From the NCBI GenBank assembly GCA_964057225.1, contig OZ059900.1, forward strand, positions 1,612,001-1,676,000: DNA of 64,000 nucleotides, in the 5' to 3' direction. The stretch's first letter is position 1, and each line of letters begins with the position of its first letter. Shown here piece by piece: positions 27,791-42,036 of this stretch. Under the pieces are notes generated by a model. That model worked only from the letters and a program-made list of their open reading frames with translations. It did not search any database and had not been told where the DNA came from. The DNA is from Auanema rhodensis (Eukaryota; Animalia; Nematoda). The translations under genes and the position numbers were made by a program.

Positions 27791-30700
27791 TACTACACTA
27801 AGTATGGTCGTTTTTATGCCTTTAACACCATATACTCACCGATTTTTGGTACAAAATCTGTAATACTTGTAAATTTTGATCATATTCGTTAAGATTCGAG
27901 AATCAAACACACAATACACAAAATAAGTTTATTTTTACGAGTTTGCACTGATATTTATTCATTTTGATCAAAAAAGGTCGAAAATAGAAAGAATTTTTGA
28001 AATTTCCGAGTTTTGAGTCTAATTTGGCTAAATCGCTCATATACATGATCAGAAGCATAGTTTTATTGTCTATGACAACAAAAGTCATCAATTAAACGCT
28101 AGTGATGTTTAAATACTGATTTTCGCTCAAATAGCATTACTACACTAAGTATGGTCGTTTTTATGCCTTTAACACCATATACTCACCGATTTTTGGTACA
28201 AAATCTGTAATACTCGTAAATTTTGATCATATTCGGTGAGATTTGAGAATCAAACACACAATACACGAAATAAGTTTATTTTTACGAGTTTGCACTGATA
28301 TTTATTCATTTTGATCAAAAAAGGTCGAAAATAGAAAGAATTTTTGAAATTTCCGAGTTTTGAGTCTAATTTGGCTAAATCGCTCATATATATGATCAAA
28401 AGCATAGTTTTATTGTCTATGACAACAAAAGTCATCAATTAAACGCTAGTGATGTTTAAATACTGAATTTCGCTCAAATAGCATTACTACACTAAGTATG
28501 GTCGTTTTTATGCCTTTAACACCATATACTCACCGATTTTTGGTACAAAATCTGTAATACTCGTAAATTTTGATCATATTCGTTAAGATTTGAGAATCAA
28601 ACATACAATACACAAAATCAGTCTATTTTTATGAGCTTGCACTGATATATATTCATTTTGATCAAAAAAGGTCGAAAATAGAAAGAATTTTTGAAATTTA
28701 CGAGTTTTGAATCTAATTTGGCTAAATCGCTCATATATATGATCAAAAGCATAGTTTTACTGTCTATGATAACAAAAGTCTTCAAATATACACTAATAAT
28801 GATTAAATCACTGAATTTCACTCAAATAGCATTACTACACTAAGTATGGTCGTTTTTATGCCTTTAACACCATATACTCACCGATTTTTGGTACAAAATC
28901 TGTAATACTCGTAAATTTTGATCATATTCGGTGAGATTTGAGAATCAAACACACAATACACGAAATAAGTTTATTTTTACGAGTTTGCACTGATATTTAT
29001 TCATTTTGATCAAAAAAGGTCGAAAATAGAAAGAATTTTTGAAATTTCCGAGTTTTGAGTCTAATTTGGCTAAATCGCTCATATATATGATCAAAAGCAT
29101 AGTTTTATTGTCTATGACAACAAAAGTCATCAATTAAACGCTAGTGATGTTTAAATACTGAATTTCGCTCAAATAGCATTACTACACTAAGTATGGTCGT
29201 TTTTATGCCTTTAACACCATATACTCACCGATTTTTGGTACAAAATCTGTAATACTCGTAAATTTTGATCATATTCGTTAAGATTTGAGAATCAAACATA
29301 CAATACACAAAATCAGTCTATTTTTATGAGCTTGCACTGATATATATTCATTTTGATCAAAAAAGGTCGAAAATAGAAAGAATTTTTGAAATTTACGAGT
29401 TTTGAATCTAATTTGGCTAAATCGCTCATATATATGATCAAAAGCATAGTTTTACTGTCTATGATAACAAAAGTCTTCAAATATACACTAATAATGATTA
29501 AATCACTGAATTTCACTCAAATAGCATTACTACACTAAGTATGGTCGTTTTTATGCCTTTAACACCATATACTCACCGATTTTTGGTACAAAATCTGTGA
29601 TACTCGTAAATTTTGATCATATTCGGTGAGATTCGAGAATCAAACACACAATACACGAAATAAGTTTATTTTTACGAGTTTGCACTGATATTTATTCATT
29701 TTGATCAAAAAAGGTCGAAAATAGAAAGAATTTTTGAAATTTCCGAGTTTTGAGTCTAATTTGGCTAAATCGCTCATATACATGATCAGAAGCATAGTTT
29801 TATTGTCTATGACAACAAAAGTCATCAATTAAACGCTAGTGATGTTTAAATACTGATTTTCGCTCAAATAGCATTACTACACTAAGTATGGTCGTTTTTA
29901 TGCCTTTAACACCATATACTCACCGATTTTTGGTACAAAATCTGTAATACTTGTAAATTTTGATCATATTCGTTAAGATTCGAGAATCAAACACACAATA
30001 CACAAAATAAGTTTATTTTTACGAGTTTGCACTGATATTTATTCATTTTGATCAAAAAAGGTCGAAAATAGAAAGAATTTTTGAAATTTCCGAGTTTTGA
30101 GTCTAATTTGGCTAAATCGCTCATATACATGATCAGAAGCATAGTTTTATTGTCTATGACAACAAAAGTCATCAATTAAACGCTAGTGATGTTTAAATAC
30201 TGATTTTCGCTCAAATAGCATTACTACACTAAGTATGGTCGTTTTTATGCCTTTAACACCATATACTCACCGATTTTTGGTACAAAATCTGTAATACTCG
30301 TAAATTTTGATCATATTCGGTGAGATTTGAGAATCAAACACACAATACACGAAATAAGTTTATTTTTACGAGTTTGCACTGATATTTATTCATTTTGATC
30401 AAAAAAGGTCGAAAATAGAAAGAATTTTTGAAATTTCCGAGTTTTGAGTCTAATTTGGCTAAATCGCTCATATATATGATCAAAAGCATAGTTTTATTGT
30501 CTATGACAACAAAAGTCATCAATTAAACGCTAGTGATGTTTAAATACTGAATTTCGCTCAAATAGCATTACTACACTAAGTATGGTCGTTTTTATGCCTT
30601 TAACACCATATACTCACCGATTTTTGGTACAAAATCTGTAATACTCGTAAATTTTGATCATATTCGTTAAGATTTGAGAATCAAACATACAATACACAAA

Positions 30701-30916
30701 ATCAGTCTATTTTTATGAGCTTGCACTGATATATATTCATTTTGATCAAAAAAGGTCGAAAATAGAAAGAATTTTTGAAATTTACGAGTTTTGAATCTAA
30801 TTTGGCTAAATCGCTCATATATATGATCAAAAGCATAGTTTTACTGTCTATGATAACAAAAGTCTTCAAATATACACTAATAATGATTAAATCACTGAAT
30901 TTCACTCAAATAGCAT
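26749..30916. repeat. Second hexamer tandem duplication (2084 bp x2), overlapping the previous HOR
   Basis: ORFs 26861,27229,27556,27903,28250,28618 map to 28945,29313,29640,29987,30334,30702 (+2084). Confidence 0.85.
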
Positions 30917-33900
30917 TACTACACTAAGTATGGTCGTTTTTATGCCTTTAACACCATATACTCACCGATTTTTGGTACAAAATCTGTGATACTCGTAAAT
31001 TTTGATCATATTCGGTGAGATTCGAGAATCAAACACACAATACACGAAATAAGTTTATTTTTACGAGTTTGCACTGATATTTATTCATTTTGATCAAAAA
31101 AGGTCGAAAATAGAAAGAATTTTTGAAATTTCCGAGTTTTGAGTCTAATTTGGCTAAATCGCTCATATACATGATCAGAAGCATAGTTTTATTGTCTATG
31201 ACAACAAAAGTCATCAATTAAACGCTAGTGATGTTTAAATACTGATTTTCGCTCAAATAGCATTACTACACTAAGTATGGTCGTTTTTATGCCTTTAACA
31301 CCATATACTCACCGATTTTTGGTACAAAATCTGTAATACTCGTAAATTTTGATCATATTCGTTAAGATTTGAAAATCAAACACACAATACACGAAATAAG
31401 TTTATTTTTACGAGTTTGCACTGATATTTATTCATTTTGATCAAAAAAGGTCGAAAATAGAAAGAATTTTTGAAATTTCCGAGTTTTGAGTCTAATTTGG
31501 CTAAATCGCTCATATACATGATCAGAAGCATAGTTTTATTGTCTATGACAACAAAAGTCATCAATTAAACGCTAGTGATGTTTAAATCACTAAATTTCGC
31601 TCAAATAGCATTACTACACTAAGTATGGTCGTTTTTATGCCTTTAACACCATATACTCACCGATTTTTGGTACAAAATCTGTGATACTCGTAAATTTTGA
31701 TCATATTCGGTGAGATTCGAGAATCAAACACACAATACACGAAATAAGTCTATTTTTATGAGTTTGCACTGATATTTATTCATTTTGATCAAAAAACGTC
31801 GAAAATAGAAAGAATTTTTGAATTTTCCGAGTTTTGAGTCCAATTGGGCTAAATCGCTCATATATATGATCAAAAGCATAGTTTTACTGTCTATGATAAC
31901 AAAAGTCTTCAAATATACACTAATAATGATTTAATCACTGAATTTCACTCAAATAGCAATACTACACTAAGTATGGTCGTTTTTATGCCTTTAACACCAT
32001 ATACTCACCGATTTTTGGTACAAAATCTGTGATACTCGTAAATTCTGATCATATTCGGTGAGATTCGAGAATCAAACACACAATACACGAAATAAGTTTA
32101 TTTTTACGAGTTTGCACTGATATTTATTCATTTTGATCAAAAAAGGTCGAAAATAGAAAGAATTTTTGAAATTTCCGAGTTTTGAGTCTAATTTGGCTAA
32201 ATCGCTCATATATATGATCAAAAGCATAGTTTTACTGTCTATGATAACAAAAGTCTTCAAATATACACTAATAATGTGTAAATCACTGAATTTCACTCAA
32301 ATAGCATTACTACACTAAGTATGGTCGTTTTTATGCCTTTAACACCATATACTCACCGATTTTTGGTACAAAATCTGTGATACTCGTAAATTTTGATCAT
32401 ATTCGGTGAGATTCGAGAATCAAACACACAATACACGAAATAAGTTTATTTTTACGAGTTTGCACTGATATTTATTCATTTTGATCAAAAAAGGTCGAAA
32501 ATAGAAAGAATTTTTGAAATTTCCGAGTTTTGAGTCTAATTTGGCTAAATCGCTCATATATATGATCAAAAGCATAGTTTTATTGTCTATGACAACAAAA
32601 GTCATCAATTAAACGCTAGTGATGTTTAAATACTGAATTTCGCTCAAATAGCATTACTACACTAAGTATGGTCGTTTTTATGCCTTTAACACCATATACT
32701 CACCGATTTTTGGTACAAAATCTGTAATACTCGTAAATTTTGATCATATTCGTTAAGATTTGAGAATCAAACATACAATACACAAAATCAGTCTATTTTT
32801 ATGAGCTTGCACTGATATATATTCATTTTGATCAAAAAAGGTCGAAAATAGAAAGAATTTTTGAAATTTACGAGTTTTGAATCTAATTTGGCTAAATCGC
32901 TCATATATATGATCAAAAGCATAGTTTTACTGTCTATGATAACAAAAGTCTTCAAATATACACTAATAATGATTAAATCACTGAATTTCACTCAAATAGC
33001 ATTACTACACTAAGTATGGTCGTTTTTATGCCTTTAACACCATATACTCACCGATTTTTGGTACAAAATCTGTGATACTCGTAAATTTTGATCATATTCG
33101 GTGAGATTCGAGAATCAAACACACAATACACGAAATAAGTTTATTTTTACGAGTTTGCACTGATATTTATTCATTTTGATCAAAAAAGGTCGAAAATAGA
33201 AAGAATTTTTGAAATTTCCGAGTTTTGAGTCTAATTTGGCTAAATCGCTCATATACATGATCAGAAGCATAGTTTTATTGTCTATGACAACAAAAGTCAT
33301 CAATTAAACGCTAGTGATGTTTAAATACTGATTTTCGCTCAAATAGCATTACTACACTAAGTATGGTCGTTTTTATGCCTTTAACACCATATACTCACCG
33401 ATTTTTGGTACAAAATCTGTAATACTCGTAAATTTTGATCATATTCGTTAAGATTTGAAAATCAAACACACAATAAACAAAATCAGTCTATTTTTATGAG
33501 TTTGCACTGATATATATTCATTTTGATCAAAAAAGGTCGAAAATAGAAAGAATTTTCGAATTTTCCGAGTTTTGAGTCTAATTTGGCTAAATCGCTCATA
33601 TATATGATCAGAAGCATAATTTTATTGTATATGACAACAAAAGTCATTAGTTAAACACTAATGATGTTTAAATCACTAAATTTCGCTCAAATAGCATTAC
33701 TACACTAAGTATGGTCGTTTTTATGCCTTTAACACCATATACTCACCGATTTTTGGTACAAAATCTGTGATACTCGTAAATTTTGATCATATTCGGTGAG
33801 ATTCGAGAATCAAACACACAATACACGAAATAAGTCTATTTTTATGAGTTTGCACTGATATTTATTCATTTTGATCAAAAAAGGTCGAAAATAGAAAGAA

Positions 33901-36900
33901 TTTTTGAATTTTCCGAGTTTTGAGTCCAATTGGGCTAAATCGCTCATATATATGATCAAAAGCATAGTTTTATTGTCTATGACAACAAAAGTCATCAATT
34001 AAACGCTAGTGATGTTTAAATACTGAATTTCGCTCAAATAGCATTACTACACTAAGTATGGTCGTTTTTATGCCTTTAACACCATATACTCACCGATTTT
34101 TGGTACAAAATCTGTGATACTCGTAAATTTTGATCATATTCGGTGAGATTCGAGGATCGAACACACAATACACGAAATAAGTTTATTTTGACGAGTTTGC
34201 ACTGATATTTATTCATTTTGATCAAAAAAGGTCGAAAATAGAAAGAATTTTTGAAATTTCCGAGTTTTGAGTCTAATTTGGCTAAATCGCTCATATATAT
34301 GATCAAAAGCATAGTTTTACTGTCTATGATAACAAAAGTCTTCAAATATACACTAATAATGATTTAATCACTGAATTTCACTCAAATAGCATTACTACAC
34401 TAAGTATGGTCGTTTTTATGCCTTTAACACCATATACTCACCGATTTTTGGTACAAAATCTGTGATACTCGTAAATTCTGATCATATTTGGTGAGATTCG
34501 AGAATCAAACACACAATACACGAAATAAGTTCATTTTTACGAGTTTGCACTGATATTTATTCATTTTGATCAAAAAAGGTCGAAAATAGAAAGAATTTTT
34601 GAAATTTCCGAGTTTTGAGTCTAATTTGGCTAAATCGCTCATATATATGATCAAAAGCATAGTTTTACTGTCTATGATAACAAAAGTCTTCAAATATACA
34701 CTAATAATGTGTAAATCACTGAATTTCACTCAAATAGCATTACTACACTAAGTATGGTCGTTTTTATGCCTTTAACACCATATACTCACCGATTTTTGGT
34801 ACAAAATCTGTGATACTCGTAAATTTTGATCATATTCGGTGAGATTCGAGAATCAAACACACAATACACGAAATAAGTTTATTTTTACGAGTTTGCACTG
34901 ATATTTATTCATTTTGATCAAAAAAGGTCGAAAATAGAAAGAATTTTTGAAATTTCCGAGTTTTGAGTCTAATTTGGCTAAATCGCTCATATATATGATC
35001 AAAAGCATAGTTTTATTGTCTATGACAACAAAAGTCATCAATTAAACGCTAGTGATGTTTAAATACTGAATTTCGCTCAAATAGCATTACTACACTAAGT
35101 ATGGTCGTTTTTATGCCTTTAACACCATATACTCACCGATTTTTGGTACAAAATCTGTAATACTCGTAAATTTTGATCATATTCGTTAAGATTTGAGAAT
35201 CAAACATACAATACACAAAATCAGTCTATTTTTATGAGCTTGCACTGATATATATTCATTTTGATCAAAAAAGGTCGAAAATAGAAAGAATTTTTGAAAT
35301 TTACGAGTTTTGAGTCTAATTTGGCTAAATCGCTCATATATATGATCAGAAGCATAGTTTTATTGTCTATGACAACGAAAGTCATTAATTAAACACTAAT
35401 GATGTTTAAATCACTAAATTTCGCTCAAATAGCATTACTACACTAAGTATGGTCGTTTTTATGCCTTTAACACCATATACTCACCGATTTTTGGTACAAA
35501 ATCTGTGATACTCGTAAATTTTGATCATATTCGTTAAGATTCGAAAATCAAACACACAATACACGAAATAAGTTTATTTTTACAAGTTTGCACTGATATT
35601 TATTCATTTTGATCAAAAAAGGTCGAAAATAGAAAGAATTTTTGAAATTTCCGAGTTTTGAGTCTAATTTGGCTAAATCGCTCATATATATGATCAAAAG
35701 CATAGTTTTACTGTCTATGATAACAAAAGTCTTCAAATATACACTAATGATGTGTAAATCACTGAATTTCACTCAAATAGCTTTACTACACTAAGTATGG
35801 TCGTTTTTATGCCTTTAACACCATATACTCACCGATTTTTGGTACAAAATCTGTAATACTCGTAAATTTTGATCATATTCGTTAAGATTTGAGAATCAAA
35901 CATACAATACACAAAATCAGTCTATTTTTATGAGCTTGCACTGATATATATTCATTTTGATCAAAAAAGGTCGAAAATAGAAAGAATTTTTGAAATTTCC
36001 GAGTTATGAGTCTAATTTGGCTAAATCTCTCATATATATGATCAAAAGCATAGTTTTACTGTCTATGATAACAAAAGTCTTCAAATATACACTAATAATG
36101 TGTAAATCACTGAATTTCACTCAAATAGCTTTACTACACTAACTATGGTCGTTTTTATGCCTTTAACACCATATACTCAACGATTTTTGGTACAAAATCT
36201 GTAATACTCGTAAATTTTGATCATATTCGTTAAGATTTGAGAATCAAACATACAATACACAAAATCAGTCTATTTTTATGAGCTTGCACTGATATATATT
36301 CATTTTGATCAAAAAAGGTCGAAAATAGAAAGAATTTTTGAAATTTCCGAGTTTTGAGTCTAATTTGGCTAAATCGCTCATATATATGATCAGAAGCATA
36401 GTTTTATTGTCTATGACAACAAAAATCATCAATTAAACGCTAGTGATGTTTAAATACTGAATTTCACTCAAATAGCATTACTACACTAAGTATGGTCGTT
36501 TTTATGCCTTTAACACCATATACTCAACGATTTTTGGTACAAAATCTGTAATACTCGTAAATTTTGATCATATTCGTTAAGATTTGAGAATCAAACATAC
36601 AATACACAAAATCAGTCTATTTTTATGAGTTTGCACTGATATTTATTCATTTTGATCAAAAAAGGTCGAAAATAGAAAGAATTTTTGAAATTTCCGAGTT
36701 TTGAGTCTAATTTGGCTAAATCGCTCATATACATGATCAGAAGCATAGTTTTATTGTCTATGACAACAAAAATCATCAATTAAACGCTAGTGATGTTTAA
36801 ATATTGATTTTCGCTCAAATAGCATTACTACACTAAGTATGGTCGTTTTTATGCCTTTAACACCATATACTCACCGATTTTTGGTACAAAATCTGTAATA

Positions 36901-37173
36901 CTCGTAAATTTTGATCATATTCGTTAAGATTTGAAAATCAAACACACAATAAACAAAATCAGTCTATTTTTATGAGTTTGCACTGATATATATTCATTTT
37001 GATCAAAAAAGGTCGAAAATAGAAAGAATTTTTGAATTTTCCGAGTTTTGAGTCCAATTGGGCTAAATCGCTCATATATATGATCAAAAGCATAGTTTTA
37101 CTGTCTATGATAACAAAAGTCTTCAAATATACACTAATAATGATCAAATCACTGAATTTCACTCAAATAGCAT

Positions 37174-39257
37174 TACTACACTAAGTATGGTCGTTTTTAT
37201 GCCTTTAACACCATATACTCACCGATTTTTGGTACAAAATCTGTGATACTCGTAAATTTTGATCATATTCGTTAAGATTTGAGAATCAAACATACAATAC
37301 ACAAAATCAGTCTATTTTTATGAGCTTGCACTGATATATATTCATTTTGATCAAAAAAGGTCGAAAATAGAATGAATTTTTGAAATTTCCGAGTTTTGAG
37401 TCTAATTTGGCTAAATCGCTCATATATATGATCAAAAGCATAGTTTTACTGTCTATGATAACAAAAGTCTTCAAATATACACTAATAATGATTAAATCAC
37501 TGATTTTCAGTCAAATAGCATTACTACACTAAGTATGGTCGTTTTTATGCCTTTAACACCATATACTCACCGATTTTTGGTACAAAATCTGTAATACTTG
37601 TAAATTTTGATCATATTCGTTAAGATTTGAGAATCGAACATACAATACACAAAATCAGTCTATTTTTATGAGCTTGCACTGATATTTATTCATTTTGATC
37701 AAAAAAGGTCGAAAATAGAAAGAATTTTTGAAATTTCCGAGTTTTGAGTCTAATTTGGCTAAATCGCTCATATACATGATCAGAAGCATAGTTTTATTGT
37801 CTATGACAACAAAAGTCATCAATTAAACGCTAGTGATGTTTAAATACTGATTTTCGCTCAAATAGCATTACTACACTAAGTATGGTCGTTTTTATGCCTT
37901 TAACACCATATACTCACCGATTTTTGGTACACAATCTGTAATACTCGTAAATTTTGATCATATTCGTTAAAATTTGAAAATCAAACACACAATAAACAAA
38001 ATCAGTCTATTTTTATGAGCTTGCACTGATATTTATTCATTTTGATCAAAAAAGGTCGAAAATAGAAAGAATTTTTGAAATTTCCGAGTTTTGAGTCTAA
38101 TTTGGCTAAATCGCTCATATATATGATCAAAAGCATAGTTTTACTGTCTATGATAACAAAAGTCTTCAAATATACACTAATAATGTGTAAATCACTGAAT
38201 TTCACTAAAATGCATTACTACACTAAGTATGGTCGTTTTTATGCCTTTAACACCATATACTCACCGATTTTTGGTACAAAATCTGTGATACTCGTAAATT
38301 TTGATCATATTCGTTAAGATTTGAGAATCAAACATACAATACACAAAATCAGTCTATTTTTATGAGCTTGCACTGATATATATTCATTTTGATCAAAAAA
38401 GGTCGAAAATAGAATGAATTTTTGAAATTTCCGAGTTTTGAGTCTAATTTGGCTAAATCGCTCATATATATGATCAAAAGCATAGTTTTACTGTCTATGA
38501 TAACAAAAGTCTTCAAATATACACTAATAATGATTAAATCACTGATTTTCAGTCAAATAGCATTACTACACTAAGTATGGTCGTTTTTATGCCTTTAACA
38601 CCATATACTCACCGATTTTTGGTACAAAATCTGTAATACTTGTAAATTTTGATCATATTCGTTAAGATTTGAGAATCGAACATACAATACACAAAATCAG
38701 TCTATTTTTATGAGCTTGCACTGATATTTATTCATTTTGATCAAAAAAGGTCGAAAATAGAAAGAATTTTTGAAATTTCCGAGTTTTGAGTCTAATTTGG
38801 CTAAATCGCTCATATACATGATCAGAAGCATAGTTTTATTGTCTATGACAACAAAAGTCATCAATTAAACGCTAGTGATGTTTAAATACTGATTTTCGCT
38901 CAAATAGCATTACTACACTAAGTATGGTCGTTTTTATGCCTTTAACACCATATACTCACCGATTTTTGGTACACAATCTGTAATACTCGTAAATTTTGAT
39001 CATATTCGTTAAAATTTGAAAATCAAACACACAATAAACAAAATCAGTCTATTTTTATGAGCTTGCACTGATATTTATTCATTTTGATCAAAAAAGGTCG
39101 AAAATAGAAAGAATTTTTGAAATTTCCGAGTTTTGAGTCTAATTTGGCTAAATCGCTCATATATATGATCAAAAGCATAGTTTTACTGTCTATAATAACA
39201 AAAGTCTTCAAATATACACTAATAATGTGTAAATCACTGAATTTCACTAAAATGCAT
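37174..39257. repeat. Tandem trimer HOR (1042 bp x2)
   Basis: ORF 38002 maps to 39044. Shared variants ATAGAATGAATT, TTTTCAGTCAAA, GGTACACAATC and TTCACTAAAATGC occur in the same order. Confidence 0.9.
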
Positions 39258-42036
39258 TACTACACTAAGTATGGTCGTTTTTATGCCTTTAACACCATAT
39301 ACTCACCGATTTTTGGTACAAAATCTGTGATACTCGTAAATTTTGATCATATTCGGTGAGATTCGAGGATCGAACACACAATACACGAAATAAGTTTATT
39401 TTGACGAGTTTGCACTGATATTTATTCATTTTGATCAAAAAAGGTCGAAAATAGAAAGAATTTTTGAAATTTCCGAGTTTTGAGTCTAATTTGGCTAAAT
39501 CGCTCATATACATGATCAGAAGCATAGTTTTATTGTCTATGACAACAAAAGTCATCAATTAAACGCTAGTGATGTTTAAATACTGATTTTCGCTCAAATA
39601 GCATTACTACACTAAGTATGGTCGTTTTTATGCCTTTAACACCATATACTCACCGATTTTTGGTACACAATCTGTAATACTCGTAAATTTTGATCATATT
39701 CGTTAAGATTTGAGAATCGAACATACAATACACAAAATCAGTCTATTTTTATGAGCTTGCACTGATATTTATTCATTTTGATCAAAAAAGGTCGAAAATA
39801 GAAAGAATTTTTGAAATTTCCGAGTTTTGAGTCTAATTTGGCTAAATCGCTCATATATATGATCAAAAGCATAGTTTTACTGTCTATGATAACAAAAGTC
39901 TTCAAATATACACTAATAATGTGTAAATCACTGAATTTCACTCAAATGCATTACTACACTAAGTATGGTCGTTTTTATGCCTTTAACACCATATACTCAC
40001 CGATTTTTGGTACAAAATCTGTAATACTTGTAAATTTTGATCATATTCGTTAAGATTCGAGAATCAAACACACAATACACGAAATAAGTTTATTTTTACG
40101 AGTTTGCACTGATATTTATTCATTTTGATCAAAAAAGGTCGAAAATAGAAAGAATTTTTGAAATTTCCGAGTTTTGAGTCTAATTTGGCTAAATCGCTCA
40201 TATACATGATCAGAAGCATAGTTTTATTGTCTATGACAACAAAAGTCATCAATTAAACGCTAGTGATGTTTAAATACTGATTTTCGCTCAAATAGCATTA
40301 CTACACTAAGTATGGTCGTTTTTATGCCTTTAACACCATATACTCACCGATTTTTGGTACAAAATCTGTAATACTCGTAAATTTTGATCATATTCGGTGA
40401 GATTCGAGAATCAAACACACAATACACGAAATAAGTTTATTTTTACGAGTTTGCACTGATATTTATTCATTTTGATCAAAAAAGGTCGAAAATAGAAAGA
40501 ATTTTTGAAATTTCCGAGTTTTGAGTCTAATTTGGCTAAATCGCTCATATATATGATCAAAAGCATAGTTTTATTGTCTATGACAACAAAAGTCATCAAT
40601 TAAACGCTAGTGATGTTTAAATACTGAATTTCGCTCAAATAGCATTACTACACTAAGTATGGTCGTTTTTATGCCTTTAACACCATATACTCACCGATTT
40701 TTGGTACAAAATCTGTAATACTCGTAAATTTTGATCATATTCGGTGAGATTCGAGAATCAAACACACAATACACGAAATAAGTTTATTTTTACGAGTTTG
40801 CACTGATATTTATTCATTTTGATCAAAAAAGGTCGAAAATAGAAAGAATTTTTGAAATTTACGAGTTTTGAATCTAATTTGGCTAAATCGCTCATATATA
40901 TGATCAAAAGCATAGTTTTACTGTCTATGATAACAAAAGTCTTCAAATATACACTAATAATGATTAAATCACTGAATTTCACTCAAATAGCATTACTACA
41001 CTAAGTATGGTCGTTTTTATGCCTTTAACACCATATACTCACCGATTTTTGGTACAAAATCTGTGATACTCGTAAATTTTGATCATATTCGGTGAGATTC
41101 GAGAATCAAACACACAATACACGAAATAAGTTTATTTTTACGAGTTTGCACTGATATTTATTCATTTTGATCAAAAAAGGTCGAAAATAGAAAGAATTTT
41201 TGAAATTTCCGAGTTTTGAGTCTAATTTGGCTAAATCGCTCATATATATGATCAAAAGCATAGTTTTACTGTCTATGATAACAAAAGTCTTCAAATATAC
41301 ACTAATAATGTGTAAATCACTGAATTTCACTCAAATAGCATTACTACACTAAGTATGGTCGTTTTTATGCCTTTAACACCATATACTCACCGATTTTTGG
41401 TACAAAATCTGTGATACTCGTAAATTTTGATCATATTCGGTGAGATTCGAGAATCAAACACACAATACACGAAATAAGTTTATTTTTACGAGTTTGCACT
41501 GATATTTATTCATTTTGATCAAAAAAGGTCGAAAATAGAAAGAATTTTTGAAATTTCCGAGTTTTGAGTCTAATTTGGCTAAATCGCTCATATATATGAT
41601 CAAAAGCATAGTTTTATTGTCTATGACAACAAAAGTCATCAATTAAACGCTAGTGATGTTTAAATACTGAATTTCGCTCAAATAGCATTACTACACTAAG
41701 TATGGTCGTTTTTATGCCTTTAACACCATATACTCACCGATTTTTGGTACAAAATCTGTAATACTCGTAAATTTTGATCATATTCGTTAAGATTTGAGAA
41801 TCAAACATACAATACACAAAATCAGTCTATTTTTATGAGCTTGCACTGATATATATTCATTTTGATCAAAAAAGGTCGAAAATAGAAAGAATTTTTGAAA
41901 TTTACGAGTTTTGAATCTAATTTGGCTAAATCGCTCATATATATGATCAAAAGCATAGTTTTACTGTCTATGATAACAAAAGTCTTCAAATATACACTAA
42001 TAATGATTAAATCACTGAATTTCACTCAAATAGCAT

